Source: the human T2T-CHM13v2.0 reference genome, Homo sapiens
NCBI RefSeq assembly: GCF_009914755.1
Contig: NC_060927.1
Strand: one strand, 5' to 3'
DNA length: 64,000 nucleotides
The notes below the pieces were generated by a model that worked only from the letters and a program-made list of their open reading frames with translations, was not told the origin of the DNA and did no database searches. The position numbers and the translations under genes were made by a program. Of the stretch, positions 29,421 through 42,428 are shown one piece after another (the first letter of the stretch is position 1; every line of letters starts with the position of its first letter).

Positions 29421-31340
29421 AATAAAATAAAATATGAGATGTGTGCATTGTAAGAAAGATGAACAGGGAATTTGGCAAGATAGATTGATGATTTAATTAT
29501 TGACTGTTAAAAAGTCTCAGTGTGTCATTTGGTAGATGAAACATGCTATATATTTTTTTTTCTTGTTCAAAGGAATAAACCTAATGAATACTCTGTTTTA
29601 ACACAACTGTCTGACATATACTGGGTATACTGCAATTCAAATCTGACACAAACTACCCTGGCATTAGCACAGATCTAATAGATTAAAGGCACAGTCCTCC
29701 ACCAGACTGTTCCCACTTCAGGTGACGACTGCAAGTCTCAGGGGGAGCCCAGGCTACCCATGCTTCTGACTAACTGTAAATAAATTTGGTGCTTTTCATG
29801 ACCTTCTCAAGCTTGAAAATTCTAATAATTTGCCATTATCAATATTTTATTATTACTTGTTATTACTCACAGAATTAAGAAATGCATTATATTTGGGATT
29901 ATAGTTTTATTGTAAAGGATACACATACTGATGAACAGCCAAATGAAAAGATGTGCAGGGCAAGGTCTGAGTGGAAGACAGAGCTTCTGTGTCCTCTCCT
30001 TGTGGAGTCAGGACATGTCATCCTCCCAGCACATCAGTGTGTTTACTAACCAGCAAGCTCCGCTGAGCCTCAGTGTCCAGAGTTTTTACTGGGGTTTCAT
30101 TACATAGGCAAGATTGGTTGAATCACTGGCCACATGATTGAACACAATCTCTAGTTCCTTTACCCTCCCTGGAGGTCAGGTAGTAAAGTTCTAACCTGCT
30201 AATCATATGGTTGGTCTTTCGGGTGAATGGCTCCCATCATCAGGCTATCCAGGGACCACAGGGATATGTCATTAGCGTAACAAACAATTAGTTACCACAT
30301 TAGCATATCACTCAGGATATTTCAAGGGTTTTAGGAGCCCCATGCCAGGAACATGGGACAAAGACCAAGTTTTTCATTATATCACAATGAATAACTTTCT
30401 ATTCCATCAAAAAAATAGCATGTATTTAGGTATAAAATACAAAAAAGTAAAATATTAGAAATATAATTTAGAACTCGTCCAAATAACTTCTGGAAAATGG
30501 AATATAGAAAATATTTTCCATCAAGTAGACATAAGAAAGAAGAAAAAATACAAACTGCTAGTAAACAGAAACTACAAAATGAGATGATGAAATAGGTACA
30601 GTTATACTTGTAATGAAAATGTGTGCAACTCTGTTTACCTATTAAAAGATGGAAGTTAACAAATTAGATTTTTAAAAAATGCAACTATTGACTCAAAAAA
30701 CTAGCAAGATTTAAGGTAACAGGACCAAATATAACTAAGAAATTCTAACCAAATGAAAGAGGATATAAAAATGTTAATATCAGACAAATAGATTTTATGA
30801 TAAAACAGTACAAAGTATGTTATAATGCGTTAGCAGAAACATTACATAATGATAAAAGAGCAATTCACCAAGTATATACAATAATCATCAACTTGTAAAT
30901 CCTTAACAAAATTGCCTCAAAATATGTAAAGAATTAAGTTGCCAGAATTGTAATGAGTAAAGTCCAAAAATAATTAGTGGGAAATTTCAAAATATATATT
31001 CCAAAATTTTTCCAATGTATGTATACCGATATATATGTTCCAGCATTTATCAGGATCCAAAACAAGGCAGAGAAAAACATTTGGTAAGTATAAAGACTTA
31101 TCAACAAAATGTACAAGCTTGAATATGTGTATGTATGTGTACACACAAGTTCACATATCCATGTTCCTATTAAAGAGTACATATTAAGTACACATGTATA
31201 CAAAAGTTTTAAACACACAACTACATGATTTTTCTGTATATTGAGTGATAGATTTTTTTTATTTTAATTGATTTTGAAGAATCAATATTATCCAGATAAT
31301 AGTCTTTGACATCTGTGTTACCTAATTAGAAATCAGTAAT
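29145..31340 (+). mobile_element. Old L1M fragment (ORF1/ORF2 endonuclease region), interrupted by an LTR
   Basis: A-rich, with atcagacaaatagatttt...cattacataatgataaaag...gtgggaaatttcaa matching the L1 EN region. Confidence 0.65.
29564..30386 (-). mobile_element. MER21-family ERVL LTR
   Basis: Reverse complement begins tgtgatataatg...ttggtctttgtccc...gctcctaaaacccttg. Internal ccagagtttttactggggtttcattacataggca. Confidence 0.75.
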
Positions 31341-31346
31341 ACCCAG

Positions 31347-32065
31347 TTTTTCTTTTAACTTTTATTTTAAGTTCAGGGGTATATATGCTTGTTTGTTATA
31401 CAGGTAAACTTGTGTCATAGGGTTTTGTTGTACACATTATTTCATCACACATATTTAGCCTAGTACCTATTAGTTATTTTTCCTGTTCCTCTCCATCCTT
31501 CCCAGCCTCCACCCTCCGATTCCCAGGGATCCCCAGTGTGTGTTTTTCCCTGCTATGTGTCCATGTGTTCTCATCATTTAGCTCCCATTCGTATGTGAGA
31601 ACATATGGTATTTGGTTTTCTGTTCCTGCATTAGTTTGCTAAGGATAACGGCCTCCAGCTTCAGCCATGTTCCTGCAAAGGACATGATCTCATTCTTTTT
31701 TTATGGCTGCATAGTATTCCATGATGTATATGTACCATATTTTCTTTATTCAGTCTATCATTGATGGGCATTTAGGTCGATGCCATGTCTTTGCTATTGT
31801 GAATAGTGTTGCAATGAACATACACATGCATGTGTCTTTATAATAGAATGATTTGTATTCCTTTGGGTATATACCCAGTAATGGAATTGCTGGGTCAAAT
31901 TGTATTTCTGTTTTTAGGTCTTTGAGGAATCACCACACTGTATTCCACAATGGATGAACTAATTAAACTCCCAGCAACAGAATATAAGCATTCCTTTTTC
32001 TCTGCAACTTTGCCAGCCTCTGTTTTTTACTTTTTACTAGTAGCCATTTTAACTGGTATGAGATA
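31347..32065 (-). mobile_element. Older L1PA (about L1PA13) 3' end
   Basis: ttttaacttttattttaagttcagggg...caggtaaacttgtgtcat...cctagtacctattagttattt 3'UTR. Confidence 0.88.
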
Positions 32066-32499
32066 ATAACCTGGTTCTTCTCTGTGTTGGAGGGAAAACT
32101 TTCCCTGTATCAACTTAGGTCTGAATAGTTGGGGGCCTTTGAATTAATTGACAACAAACAAATTAATAGGAGAAAAGTTTAACTCATGCATGCAATGGTG
32201 GCCTATAGGGAATAGGTCATGGAACAGCTAGGGGTGAGGGTTTATATCCCCTCATAATAAGAGAGGCATTTAGGACTTCAAAGGATAGGAGATTCCGATG
32301 AGGGATGTTAACACGAATTCTTTCTGAAATATCCTGGTGCCCAAGGTTTGTTCCCTCCCTGACTGCAGTCTTTTGGGAGTCAGGAAGGGGAGTAAGGGGA
32401 TGGTGGTATTGTGGCAGCTGAGTCTTGTAAAGCTTTGCTGCAGTTGGTATCAAAGAGAGAGAGGGAGAGTATAATATATCCATTTCCAGATCCTGGCTA

Positions 32500-32930
32500 T
32501 AGGAGACGTGTCCAGAAATGAGTACTCTAAAAGTCTCTGTGGCTTCCTATGCACTAAGAATAAGATAAAAACTCCTTGGCCTGGAAGGCCCTTCCTATCA
32601 CACCAAGCATCTCATCATTCCAGCCACTTTGTCCTTCCTTCAGATCTGCAGGAGGCCAAGCTTTTTTCCCTTTTTAGAACCTCTGCTCATTCTATTCCTT
32701 CTGTCTGAGTAGCATCCCTGGCTCTTCCATGGTTGCCTTCTTTTCATCCTTCGGGTCACAGTGTCACCTCTTCACTGGAGACTTTCCTAATTAATGAATC
32801 TACGTAAGCTTCTCTTATCTCTATTCTAGCACCTTAATTGCTTCCATCTTAGCATGCCACATTTTATATCTATTTAGGTGTTTTTTTATTTTCTCTCTCT
32901 TCTATTTAGATTGTCAAATCAAAGAGAATA
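32500..32930 (+). mobile_element. L2 fragment (its tail resumes at about 33600-33665)
   Basis: gcactaagaataagataaaaactcctt...tctattccttctgtctg. The terminal ggcatacagtaagtatttgttggatgg lies after the nested insertions. Confidence 0.65.
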
Positions 32931-32934
32931 TGGA

Positions 32935-33223
32935 TTTTCTTTTTTTCTCCTTTTTTCTTAATTATACTTTAAATTCTGGGGTACATGTGCAGAACATGCA
33001 GTTTTGTTGCATAGATATACACGTGCCATGGTGGTTTGCTGCACCCATCAACCCATCACCTACATTAGGTATTTCTCCTAATGCTATTCCTCCCCCAGCC
33101 CCACACTCCCCGACAGGCCGCAGTGTGTGATGCTTGCCTCCCTGTGTCCATGTGTTCTCATTGTTCATCTCCCACTTATGAGTGAGAACATGCAGTGTTT
33201 GATTTTCTGTTCTTGTGTTAGTT
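32935..33223 (-). mobile_element. L1PA7/8-like short 3' fragment
   Basis: ttatactttaaattctggggtacatgtgcagaac...gtgccatggtggtttgctgcacccatcaacc. Confidence 0.88.
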
Positions 33224-33231
33224 CTTTCATT

Positions 33232-33598
33232 TGTACCACCCGCAGCTGAAACCGTCAGTGCTGCACCCAGGTGCCCTCTCCTTTACTGCTGCACACCTGA
33301 CAGGCTTCCAGCTCCCAGCATTGCATTTCTTTGCTTGAGGACTTACTTTGGTTTCTGGAAGCTGACTCTCTCTGCTGTGCTTTGGGCCTGAAATACTAGG
33401 GAGGAAGTAGCTTTTAACCAATCACTGACAGAAATTAATGTGTAAATGCCCAGGTTCCCTCACCCTCCAACATCTCCAATGTTGGCTGGCTTGATAATGC
33501 ATCTTTTATTTGCTAATTCTCCTTCTTTGTCTAATTTCATCACTCTCTGACCAGTGTTTTCTGTACCTCCTAAGTAAACAATGTATACTCAAATCACA
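33232..33598 (+). mobile_element. LTR16-like ERVL LTR fragment
   Basis: aaccaatcactgac...gtgtaaatgcccaggttccctcaccct and cctcctaagtaaac...actcaaatc motifs. Confidence 0.55.
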
Positions 33599-35197
33599 TG
33601 TGGGGAAAGCTTCTGGCACAATGCTTTACACACATAGGCATACAGTAAGTATTTGTTGGATGGATAGATGGATGGGTAGGGGTGGATGGATGGATGGATG
33701 GATGGTTGGATAGATGAAGATTGCAATGTGGAGTTCAAGGTTGGATATGGTGTAAGAATTCAAATGATTGACAAAACAAAAAACAAACAACAACAACAAC
33801 AAAAAACCCAAAGATGCTGTTAGCTCTTTCTAATTAATGCTGTTGCCTCACAAAAAAATATAGCACATTGAAGGTGTAGGTATATCAGTTTACAGATAAT
33901 CTAATATGGAAATTTTAAAAGCTATGGTTTTCTTTAGGACCATTGTACAATGCTTGATGATTTTATGGATGCCTGTCTTATGAGCAGTTTTTACATTCCT
34001 TGTTTTATTACAGTACTGTATTTACCTAAAGTATTAAAATGTGCTATGCAAACTCATAAATAAAGTTCAACTTGAACTTCACTTAATTTAGGTGAGGTTA
34101 ATGGTCCAAACAATCAGCTTTCAGAAATATATCTAGAAGTGAGAATTAGGTTGTGAAATCAGATGGTGAGATTTAGAGGCACAGAAAACAGTGTTAACAA
34201 AAAGGGAATGCAGTCACAGAGTGTGATGTAAAAGATATGTAGTGTGAAAAGTACTAAGACGTTTATCGGTATTATTATTGTGTCACTGGACAAGTTCACA
34301 GAGCTATTTTGGGGATGACTAGAGCTTCTGAATCAGAGCTCATTTCTGTTTTCAGAAGATTATGAATATGGAGACTATGCCAGACTGTGAGCTTCTTGAA
34401 GGCAGGAACATCAAAGTCTGCATCATCTTTTATATTCCTAGCAGGGTCCGTGCATGGCACGTAAGTGATCTTGAATGCAGGAAAAGCATGAGTGGTTGGC
34501 CCAACTGGCTATTACAATTAGTGTTGTTTTCACATGTAAAACAATTCATATGAACTAGTAAATCATTCATCACTAAGTAAAGCATTCCTCAAATCACAAA
34601 AGATTATTAAAAAAATTGAATTCTGGCATTCCAGGCTATTAGTGTTAGCCTTACTCACTGAAAAATTAAAGATAGTGGGTCTAAATTCCTGTAAATCTGT
34701 ACAAGCTTTCTGTAAGGAAATATTAATATAATGATGGTGGTGGAAAAATACTTGTGTTTAAACAAGAATTACTCGAGAAACCCAATTAAACATGCAGATT
34801 GAAAATATTGTTCAGAATTAATTTCCAGAAAAAATTTAACTTCTCTTGATGAACTGGCTTGCTTTTTCTTCATGAGTACTGAGAATCCTGCAATTTTTTT
34901 TTCTTTTAAAATTTTGGCTACCAAAGCACTCAGAACTTAATTTACAACTCAATTTTTCTAACTTTTTGGGAATTTATGATGTTTATATCTATCTTCTAAA
35001 TTTCTTCTGGTCTTTAAAATTTATTCTGATTTTTCTTTTTCCTGGTCCTGGTGTTGTTTTTGTATTGCTTGTATTTTTCTTTCTTACTTTATGTATTTTT
35101 CATGACATGTCAAGCTTTTTGTGGAAAATGGAGAAATCAATGCTCCATATGTAAACGTATATATTTTGATTAGATTGCTATTCTTCTTTTATTCAAG

Positions 35198-35332
35198 GCC
35201 AAGTGTTTGTGAAGAACAGCAAGTGACTGTGGTTGGACTTGCACACCCATGTGTTTGGGCATTCACACACATTGTCAAGCTCTGCAAACAAGGCTGTACT
35301 GGCTCAAGTTGGTATGTGAGCTATGAAAGAAG
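35198..35332 (+). pseudogene. EGFEM1P: Pseudo-exon A (135 nt, phase 2-2), N-terminal part of the EMI domain
   Basis: Pyrimidine tract ttcttcttttattcaag|G acceptor and AG|gtaaga donor. Open frame PSVCEEQQ...YERR, also seen in ORF 35121..35336. Confidence 0.9.
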
Positions 35333-36211
35333 GTAAGAGTGCTTCTGTACTCTTTGATTATTGAAAATCAACACCAAACACCTCAAATGCACCTACATAT
35401 TCATCCAATAAATTTTATGCTCATTAAGTAAATGTGCATAAGATGTGGCCACCAAGAACATTTAGAGTTATATATTTTTCTTCAGAGACAAGATATATTA
35501 TTACTTTAGACCTCATTTATGTCTGAGGTATTTTGGGTTAGATGCCACTAATTTTACCTCATGGCATGGTGTACCATTGAAAGCTAAAGATCAGAAAACT
35601 GACAGAAACAAGGAATATTGTGTTGGTTTGCTAAATTTAGCACGACTTGGATCCAGGGGATCTACAGTTGTGAACCAATGTCTGACCTGCCCTTGGTACT
35701 CTTGTAACACTTTGAAACCTAGAGCTTCTTTAACTTTTTTATGGCCTTTGAATTAGGATTAACTCGGCGGGCTAGAAGAGGAGAGAAAAAGCAAGTGTCC
35801 ACAATGCTTTCTAGGCGTCAAGGCTTCATGCAGACTTTTTTTTCCCTTCAAAGTTTTGAAATAGTTTTACAAAATATCTAAGAACCTCTTAACACAAATA
35901 GTTGATGATGGGTTAAGGATCAAAATTCAGGATACTTAATGTTAAAAAAAGGTGTGGTTTCAGATTGACAAAGAATTTATAATTACTACTATTATTGCTA
36001 ACACAAAGTTGGGGACATTTATAAATAACTGGGTTTGCCATTGTATAAAAATATTGGATCACTAATAATATAGGACTAAATAAAATATAAGACTAAATAA
36101 TTTATAATTGTGGATGTTTACATATGCATTGTGTGTGTGTGGGGGGGTGTATGTTGAACCTTTAGATGAATAGTTTTTGTTTTTCGTCTAAACTCAGGAA
36201 TTTTGTGGGGT

Positions 36212-36495
36212 ATTTTTAGAGATAGGGCCTTGCTCTGTTACCCAGGCTGGAGTATGGTGCCATAATCATAGCTCACTGCAGTCTCAAACACCTGGGCTCA
36301 AGTGATCCTTCCACCTCAGCTTCCTGAGTAGCCGGGACTAAAGGTGTGTGCCACTGTGCGCAGTTAATTTTTTAATTTTTATTTTTGTAGAGACAGGGGT
36401 CTTGCTATATTGTCCAGGCTCATTTCGAACTCCTGGCTTCAGATGATCCTCCCAGCCTTTGCTGGGGTTATAGGTATGAGCAACTACACTAGGCC
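36212..36495 (-). mobile_element. AluJ
   Basis: catagctcactgcagtctcaaac...gggctcaagtgatcc. Degenerate TSD aactcaggaatttt / aactcagaactttt. Confidence 0.92.
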
Positions 36496-37450
36496 AACTC
36501 AGAACTTTTAATGGTGTTTAAATCAGAAAATTTCCCCTGGCTCTTCACAGCTGTGTGGCCTTAGGCTAAGTTCCTACATTTCTCTGTGTCTTAGTTGTAG
36601 TGTTAAAAAAAATGCTGTACATGGCTATTATGAAGATTAATTGATTAAATCTTCATAGATAAGATTTAACACGTGGCACAATGCTTGGTACACAGTAGGT
36701 ACTCAATATGTGTTAGATAGTATAATGCTGTAGCAGAAAAATTTATTTTCAAAGAAATTAGAATGGAAATCCTATTTATAGGGTATATGACGTGTTCATT
36801 AGAGTACTTGTTTTGAAAATGGCTTTTTATTTAGACTTTTTGTACTCCCCCCCATGAGTTTTAATCTTTGTTGGTAATGGACCGAATCAAATAAAATTCA
36901 TTACCTTATAGATACTTGGGAAAACAAATATAAATTAGTAAAACAGGTTTTATAGTTTTATTCTTAAGAGATTAGTAGTTTTGCACATTCTGTGTATGAT
37001 ACTGAGTTTGGAGTAGAGGCAGTGTTTGAAGATGTTCAGCATCTTTGCCATGCTCATATCTGTTTTGTTTGCATGTAAGTATACAAACTTATACTTAAGT
37101 CCTGATTGAAGAGACGCGTGAACAAAATATTAGGTTACAATTCTAGATGGTGAATAATTGTCATAAAAATGGTACAGCCAGTGAGTCCAATTTTTGAGAA
37201 AAGAGAAAGAGCAATCTACATTGGCTTGGTAGGAAAAGAGAAGTTAGAGGAAGTGGAACTTGAAATTGACCTTGAATAATGAAAGCAATTTGGACTAGAA
37301 ATATAGGGGTGGCATATGAAAGGGAGAGAATATGTTAGTACTTTTGGAATAAAAAAAAATTTAAAAATGACATCAACTTGACAGAAAGGAAATCAGCCTG
37401 TCTGGAGATATTTGGTATTATGATCTGCTGATAGGTCAGCAAAAATAACT

Positions 37451-37698
37451 CAGTGTTTTCAAACTTTGGTTTAGTATTCCCCCCTAAAGAGCCTTTTTAA
37501 ACAATTTTTTTCCCTGAAGCTTCCTTCTGCACCATGAAATTTTAACATTACACATATTCTTTATATCCATTTATGTACTGTGTTCCTTTGTAAGGTCACA
37601 CACCATTGTATCAACTAAGATTCTTTTCATCCCCCACTCATAACAATAACTAATTGTCACCTTCTTGTGGGTGATATTAATACGGTTGAGAGTGCATG
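37451..37698 (+). mobile_element. MER112 (hAT-Charlie)
   Basis: cagtgttttc...cccccctaaagagccttttt...ccatgaaattttaa...gttgagagtgcatg matches the recalled consensus. Confidence 0.75.
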
Positions 37699-38134
37699 CC
37701 GTAGTGGAGCCAACCTATGAGGAGCTTTCAATATCAAATTGAAAAGCATGTACCTCATTATCTTTCAAGATTTCATTATTCTTATCATAATTTTGGGTTT
37801 TATTCTTGATAGCTTGAGCAATCCTTAGGATATTTTATACCATGGGATATGGGGGTCCCTCTTGGTTTTCATTAACCTATACCTATAATGAATCTGAATT
37901 GCATATGGAGTGAGGTATGTATGTGTGTGTGTGTGTATAATATGTACAAATTATACACTATATGCACATTGGTACATTTATCTATATATACACATACACC
38001 TATCTCTCTGTCTATAAACACAAATATATATGGCAGGATTTGAATTGGAGAGAGAAATTTCTAATGGATTTGAGATAGCTCTGCCTTAAGAGGGAGCACT
38101 ATATCTCCCTAATTTAGATCCCTGTATTTGTTAG

Positions 38135-38243
38135 GCCCGGTACTACACCATCTATGGACAGGTGTACAACATGGAGCAGCAGCCTGTCTACTGGTGCTGC
38201 CCTGTTTGGAACCAGTGGGATGATGAACTGGGATGCCTACACT
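38135..38243 (+). pseudogene. EGFEM1P: Pseudo-exon B (109 nt, expected 110), C-terminal part of the EMI domain, with a -1 lesion at its 5' end
   Basis: gtatttgttag|gcccggtactac acceptor and cact|gtaaat donor. It has 36 codons with the EMI hallmark CC-P-x-W, but the single base needed to complete the upstream phase-2 AG codon is missing. Confidence 0.88.
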
Positions 38244-39208
38244 GTAAATTATAATTCTTCTTGTCTAACTCTGTTACGAGAAGGAATGATTTCACTTTGT
38301 TTTTGACTTCAATCATACTTGTCAAGTTTTTCCGCATCTTTAGTATCACTGCAGATTCAGAGCATCTCTTTGAACTGAAAATTCACACATGATGTGCAAA
38401 AATGCACAAAAAACTTTTCTGTTAAGTGTTTCTAATGATAGGTCACAACGCAGGACCCATGAAAGTGCTGCTTTATATTCTCTCTTTATTTAAAAGACAG
38501 TTGATTTAAAACCAGACAGTTTACACCTTGACTTCCATCTCCTTTTTCTGTTTGCCCCTTTCCCATATCATCAAATTTGTAATCCACAGTTGATTCAAAA
38601 GTCTGGAGGGAAATCATCGTACTAAATCTAAATGGGATTTCTCAACTTACGCTTGTCATGATTAATTGCAGAACACTGGAGGCAGTTTACTTTTTAAGAT
38701 GAGGTATGCAATCCTTTAACAAACCTCTGGTGAGAGTATTTCAGAACCTTTGGAGTGTGTTTGACAGCACTCAAGTAGCAGAACTAGTGGCATTATATAG
38801 TTTATTCACACCAGGAGAAATGGTTCAGTTTAGCAAACTCCTTTACCTATATTATGTATTTATGGTTATTGCAAAGTCACTTAAAATGCTTCAGTGTGTT
38901 GCAATCAATGCAGCACCACAGCACAACAATTCATCTCTCTTGCTATTCTGTACCTTGGGGAGTTTGTTGGCGTCCTGTTTCCTTCCCCAGTGTGCTTTCT
39001 GCCCTTGAAACATCTTAGTGAAGTTATCACAGGCTTCCCATGTTAAGCAGGTTTAGTGGTGAGGGGTGCACCAAGGGTCACTGTGTATTTGCATGCAGTG
39101 CTAGGCCACGGCCACTGCTTTAAGCTTATTGAAAACATCTGTTCACGGTGTTATTAGCTTAAACTGGTTAAACCTCAGTGAAAACATCTTCCCATGATGT
39201 CATCTTAA

Positions 39209-39551
<343 letters not shown>

Positions 39552-39963
39552 GAGATGAATTCTTTATATTGTTGTATGACACCTATTAGTCCTTATTAGC
39601 ATTTTTTGTTTGATTTTTAGATTGTTTTGACTACACATTATTATACATAGAATTTTTTTAGACCAATATTTCTGAAATTTGAATGTGAATACAGATCATC
39701 TGGAATCTTGTTAAAATATGGACTCCATATTAGGTCTGGGGTGGGCCTGAGTTCTGCATTTTTACAAGCTTGGAGGTGATACAGTTGCTTCCGCACAGAG
39801 TTCTGCAAGGTTTTAGACAGTAAGGCCTTAACTCATAATGAAAACATTGTTTAACCTTGCTGTGGAAGTGTTGGTGGAAATTTCTAGATTGGTGCCTATA
39901 GTGATGATTTTTTTTCTTTCTCTCAACTCTATTCTCCCCACTCCTCATTCAACCTTCTTTTAG

Positions 39964-40069
39964 CTATCGCTGCAGTGGGAACTTGTTTCAATGGAAGAAA
40001 ATGCTCAGATGGTGAAGGCCAGTAGTGCCAGTGTTCAGAGGGATTTCATGGACCCCACTGTCAATAACA
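39964..40069 (+). pseudogene. EGFEM1P: Pseudo-exon C (106 nt, expected 105), EGF-like repeat with in-frame TAG (40023-40025) and a +1 insertion creating TAA (40065-40067)
   Basis: Long pyrimidine tract ending ctttttag|ct and a CA|gtgagt donor. The ancestral frame gives the EGF motif C-FNG-x-K-C...C-x-C-x-x-GF-x-GP-x-C. Confidence 0.9.
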
Positions 40070-42329
40070 GTGAGTCACCAACAAGACAATTTTATTATGA
40101 TTTGGTGCTGTTTGCTTTGCTTTTAGGGGCCAGCCAAATTTGTCAATTCAGACTAATGGTTAGGTCCTTGGCGGGGTTGGTGAGCATTTAAAATTAGCCA
40201 CTGAGGAAAACCTCTAGCTTATAGTGTAATCAGGCATCACAAAATATGCTTTGTAGTTTAGTTTTAACGATTCACCATTAGAGTTCAAAGGGGAGCAGTA
40301 AGTACAAAACACTTCATTTTGTAAAGGAAATGGAAGCTTAATAATAAGTAAACCTCATTCTGACCTCAGATGTTAGATCCTTCATGGAGCCATAGTTTGA
40401 AATTGCTGGTACGGTTTCTCTGAGATCTCTGTGGTATGTGAATGCACAAAATATAATTAACATGAAGTTGTTGTTAATAAATTCAATGAATTTATTAACA
40501 ATAAATTTATTAGTAAATTTATAAGTAAACTAACTTATTAGTAGATTTACTACGTTCATGCCATTTATTTAAAAAACAAAAACAAAATACCTGAAACTTG
40601 CATGATTATCAAAGTTCCAATACTTCATAACCTAGTTTTCAAGGTTGGAACTTTATCAACTGTCAATTGTGGACAGGTACATTTAAGGTGTTTCTTGTGC
40701 AGGAAGTTTCCCGGATGGCCAATAATTTATCCTTTACTGCATCTGTCATAAGACTGGGTGATTTCAAAAGGCTTTGTTTTGACTTACTCATCAGATTCTA
40801 GTCTCCAGAGAATGAGAATACATCTGTATTTATCTTTTCAGAGCAGGAAAAACAAAATAAAACCTATCTTATAGAAGTTAAAGAAATAGATACGAAAAGC
40901 TAACCAAAATATTGCTTTCATTATCTTCTGCTGACATGTTTGCTTTCTCGTATCCATTACTTGAATCTTTGTAAGTGAAATTGGAAGGTTGCTGAGAGCT
41001 CATCACTCATGTCCATTTGTCTCCTCTGCCCTTGGCATAAGGTTAAGACTCAGGTTTTCCATGGTGACCTCAGAGCTATTCTTCTAAATTAATCCTGATA
41101 ATCTCTTTGGGTTGCTTGCTAGTTTTTGCTTTTTTTTTTTAAACAAAATTGTGAATTAAAATAAAGCTGATTTTTAACCTCAATTTATTCTTTGACTATG
41201 GAATACTGATTCTGAAAGAGGTTAGTGGATGCTTTGAGCTCTAAGGTATACTTTCCACTATTTTCATTATTTTTAAGAAGCTAACAAAAATCATACATTG
41301 ATCCATGTTAACAAATTGTTTGCCTTTAAATAAAGTATTTCAACTACATGTGCAACACTGGTTCCCTTATCTTGATCAATAGCTGTAATGGGCAATTACA
41401 CATATCACTGATTCATTAGGACTTTAAAAAATTAATTATTACTTTATAAATTCATTTGTTTTGGTAGAGCACATCTTGCAAAATATCAAGTCCTGGAGGG
41501 GAAAGGTAATTAAAGAGGCATATGGTAATGATAAAGGCCTAGAAATTATACCTGGATTTATTTATTCTTTATTTCCTACACTAGTAGTCAGATATTTTCA
41601 TTATTCCATTTCTTAACACTTTGTGTACCAAAGTAATTAAAATGTTTTTTGAAATTCAGGTAGCTAGTATTCTTATTTTTCAGTTTTGGGTTGGTGAAAA
41701 TACTAGATTATTCGAGACATATTAGTGTTTCTTTTCCCCAAGTTTGTTTGTATACCCTAAAATTCCGGAAGTCATGAGAGAAGACCAATGATACAAAACA
41801 CCTTTCAGGACTCTGCATTGCATTTTGCATATTGTTGTTGCCCAAGTGTGTTTACCTTTAGATTTTGGCAATATTTCTTCTTTTAGTGTAGCTCTCCTAT
41901 TGAATTTAAAAAGAAATCGATGATATACAAAAGAAATTGGTGATACATTCTGAGGGATATATTACAACAATAGGAATTCAGACATTTCCTACATGGTATT
42001 GCATTTCACCTGTCAAAATGAGATATCAAAAAGTATGTAAATTTCAGAGGTTTTTATGAATGAATTTTGAAGACTTCTTAGGAAATCATTCAAACATTTG
42101 GGAAACAAGTGAGGAACCGAGTTAAGAAATGACATTAGTTGAATCTTGAAAGAAAATTAAAAATTAAAATCAGCAAAGACTTTAAAAAATTATTATAGTT
42201 GTTAGAATATGTAGTCTATCAAACAAGTTGATTATAGTCTGGTGGTACTGCCTATAACCTAGCTCTTATTTCAGTGGCTGGATTTGAGTTCTGATATATG
42301 AGTACATAATCCTCGGTCTGGTCTCGTTC

Positions 42330-42428
42330 TCTCTCTCTGTATATATATATATATATGTGTATGTCTGTGTGTGTGTATGTGTATTTATGTGTGTATATAT
42401 ATATACACACACACACATAGTATATATA
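42330..42428. repeat. Compound (TC)/(TA)/(TG)/(CA) microsatellite
   Basis: Directly visible. Confidence 0.9.

Noticed and set aside
36629-36657. Small inverted repeat tatgaagatt...aatcttcata inside a MIR
   Set aside because: The arms are only 10 bp and AT-rich, which is too weak to call functional.
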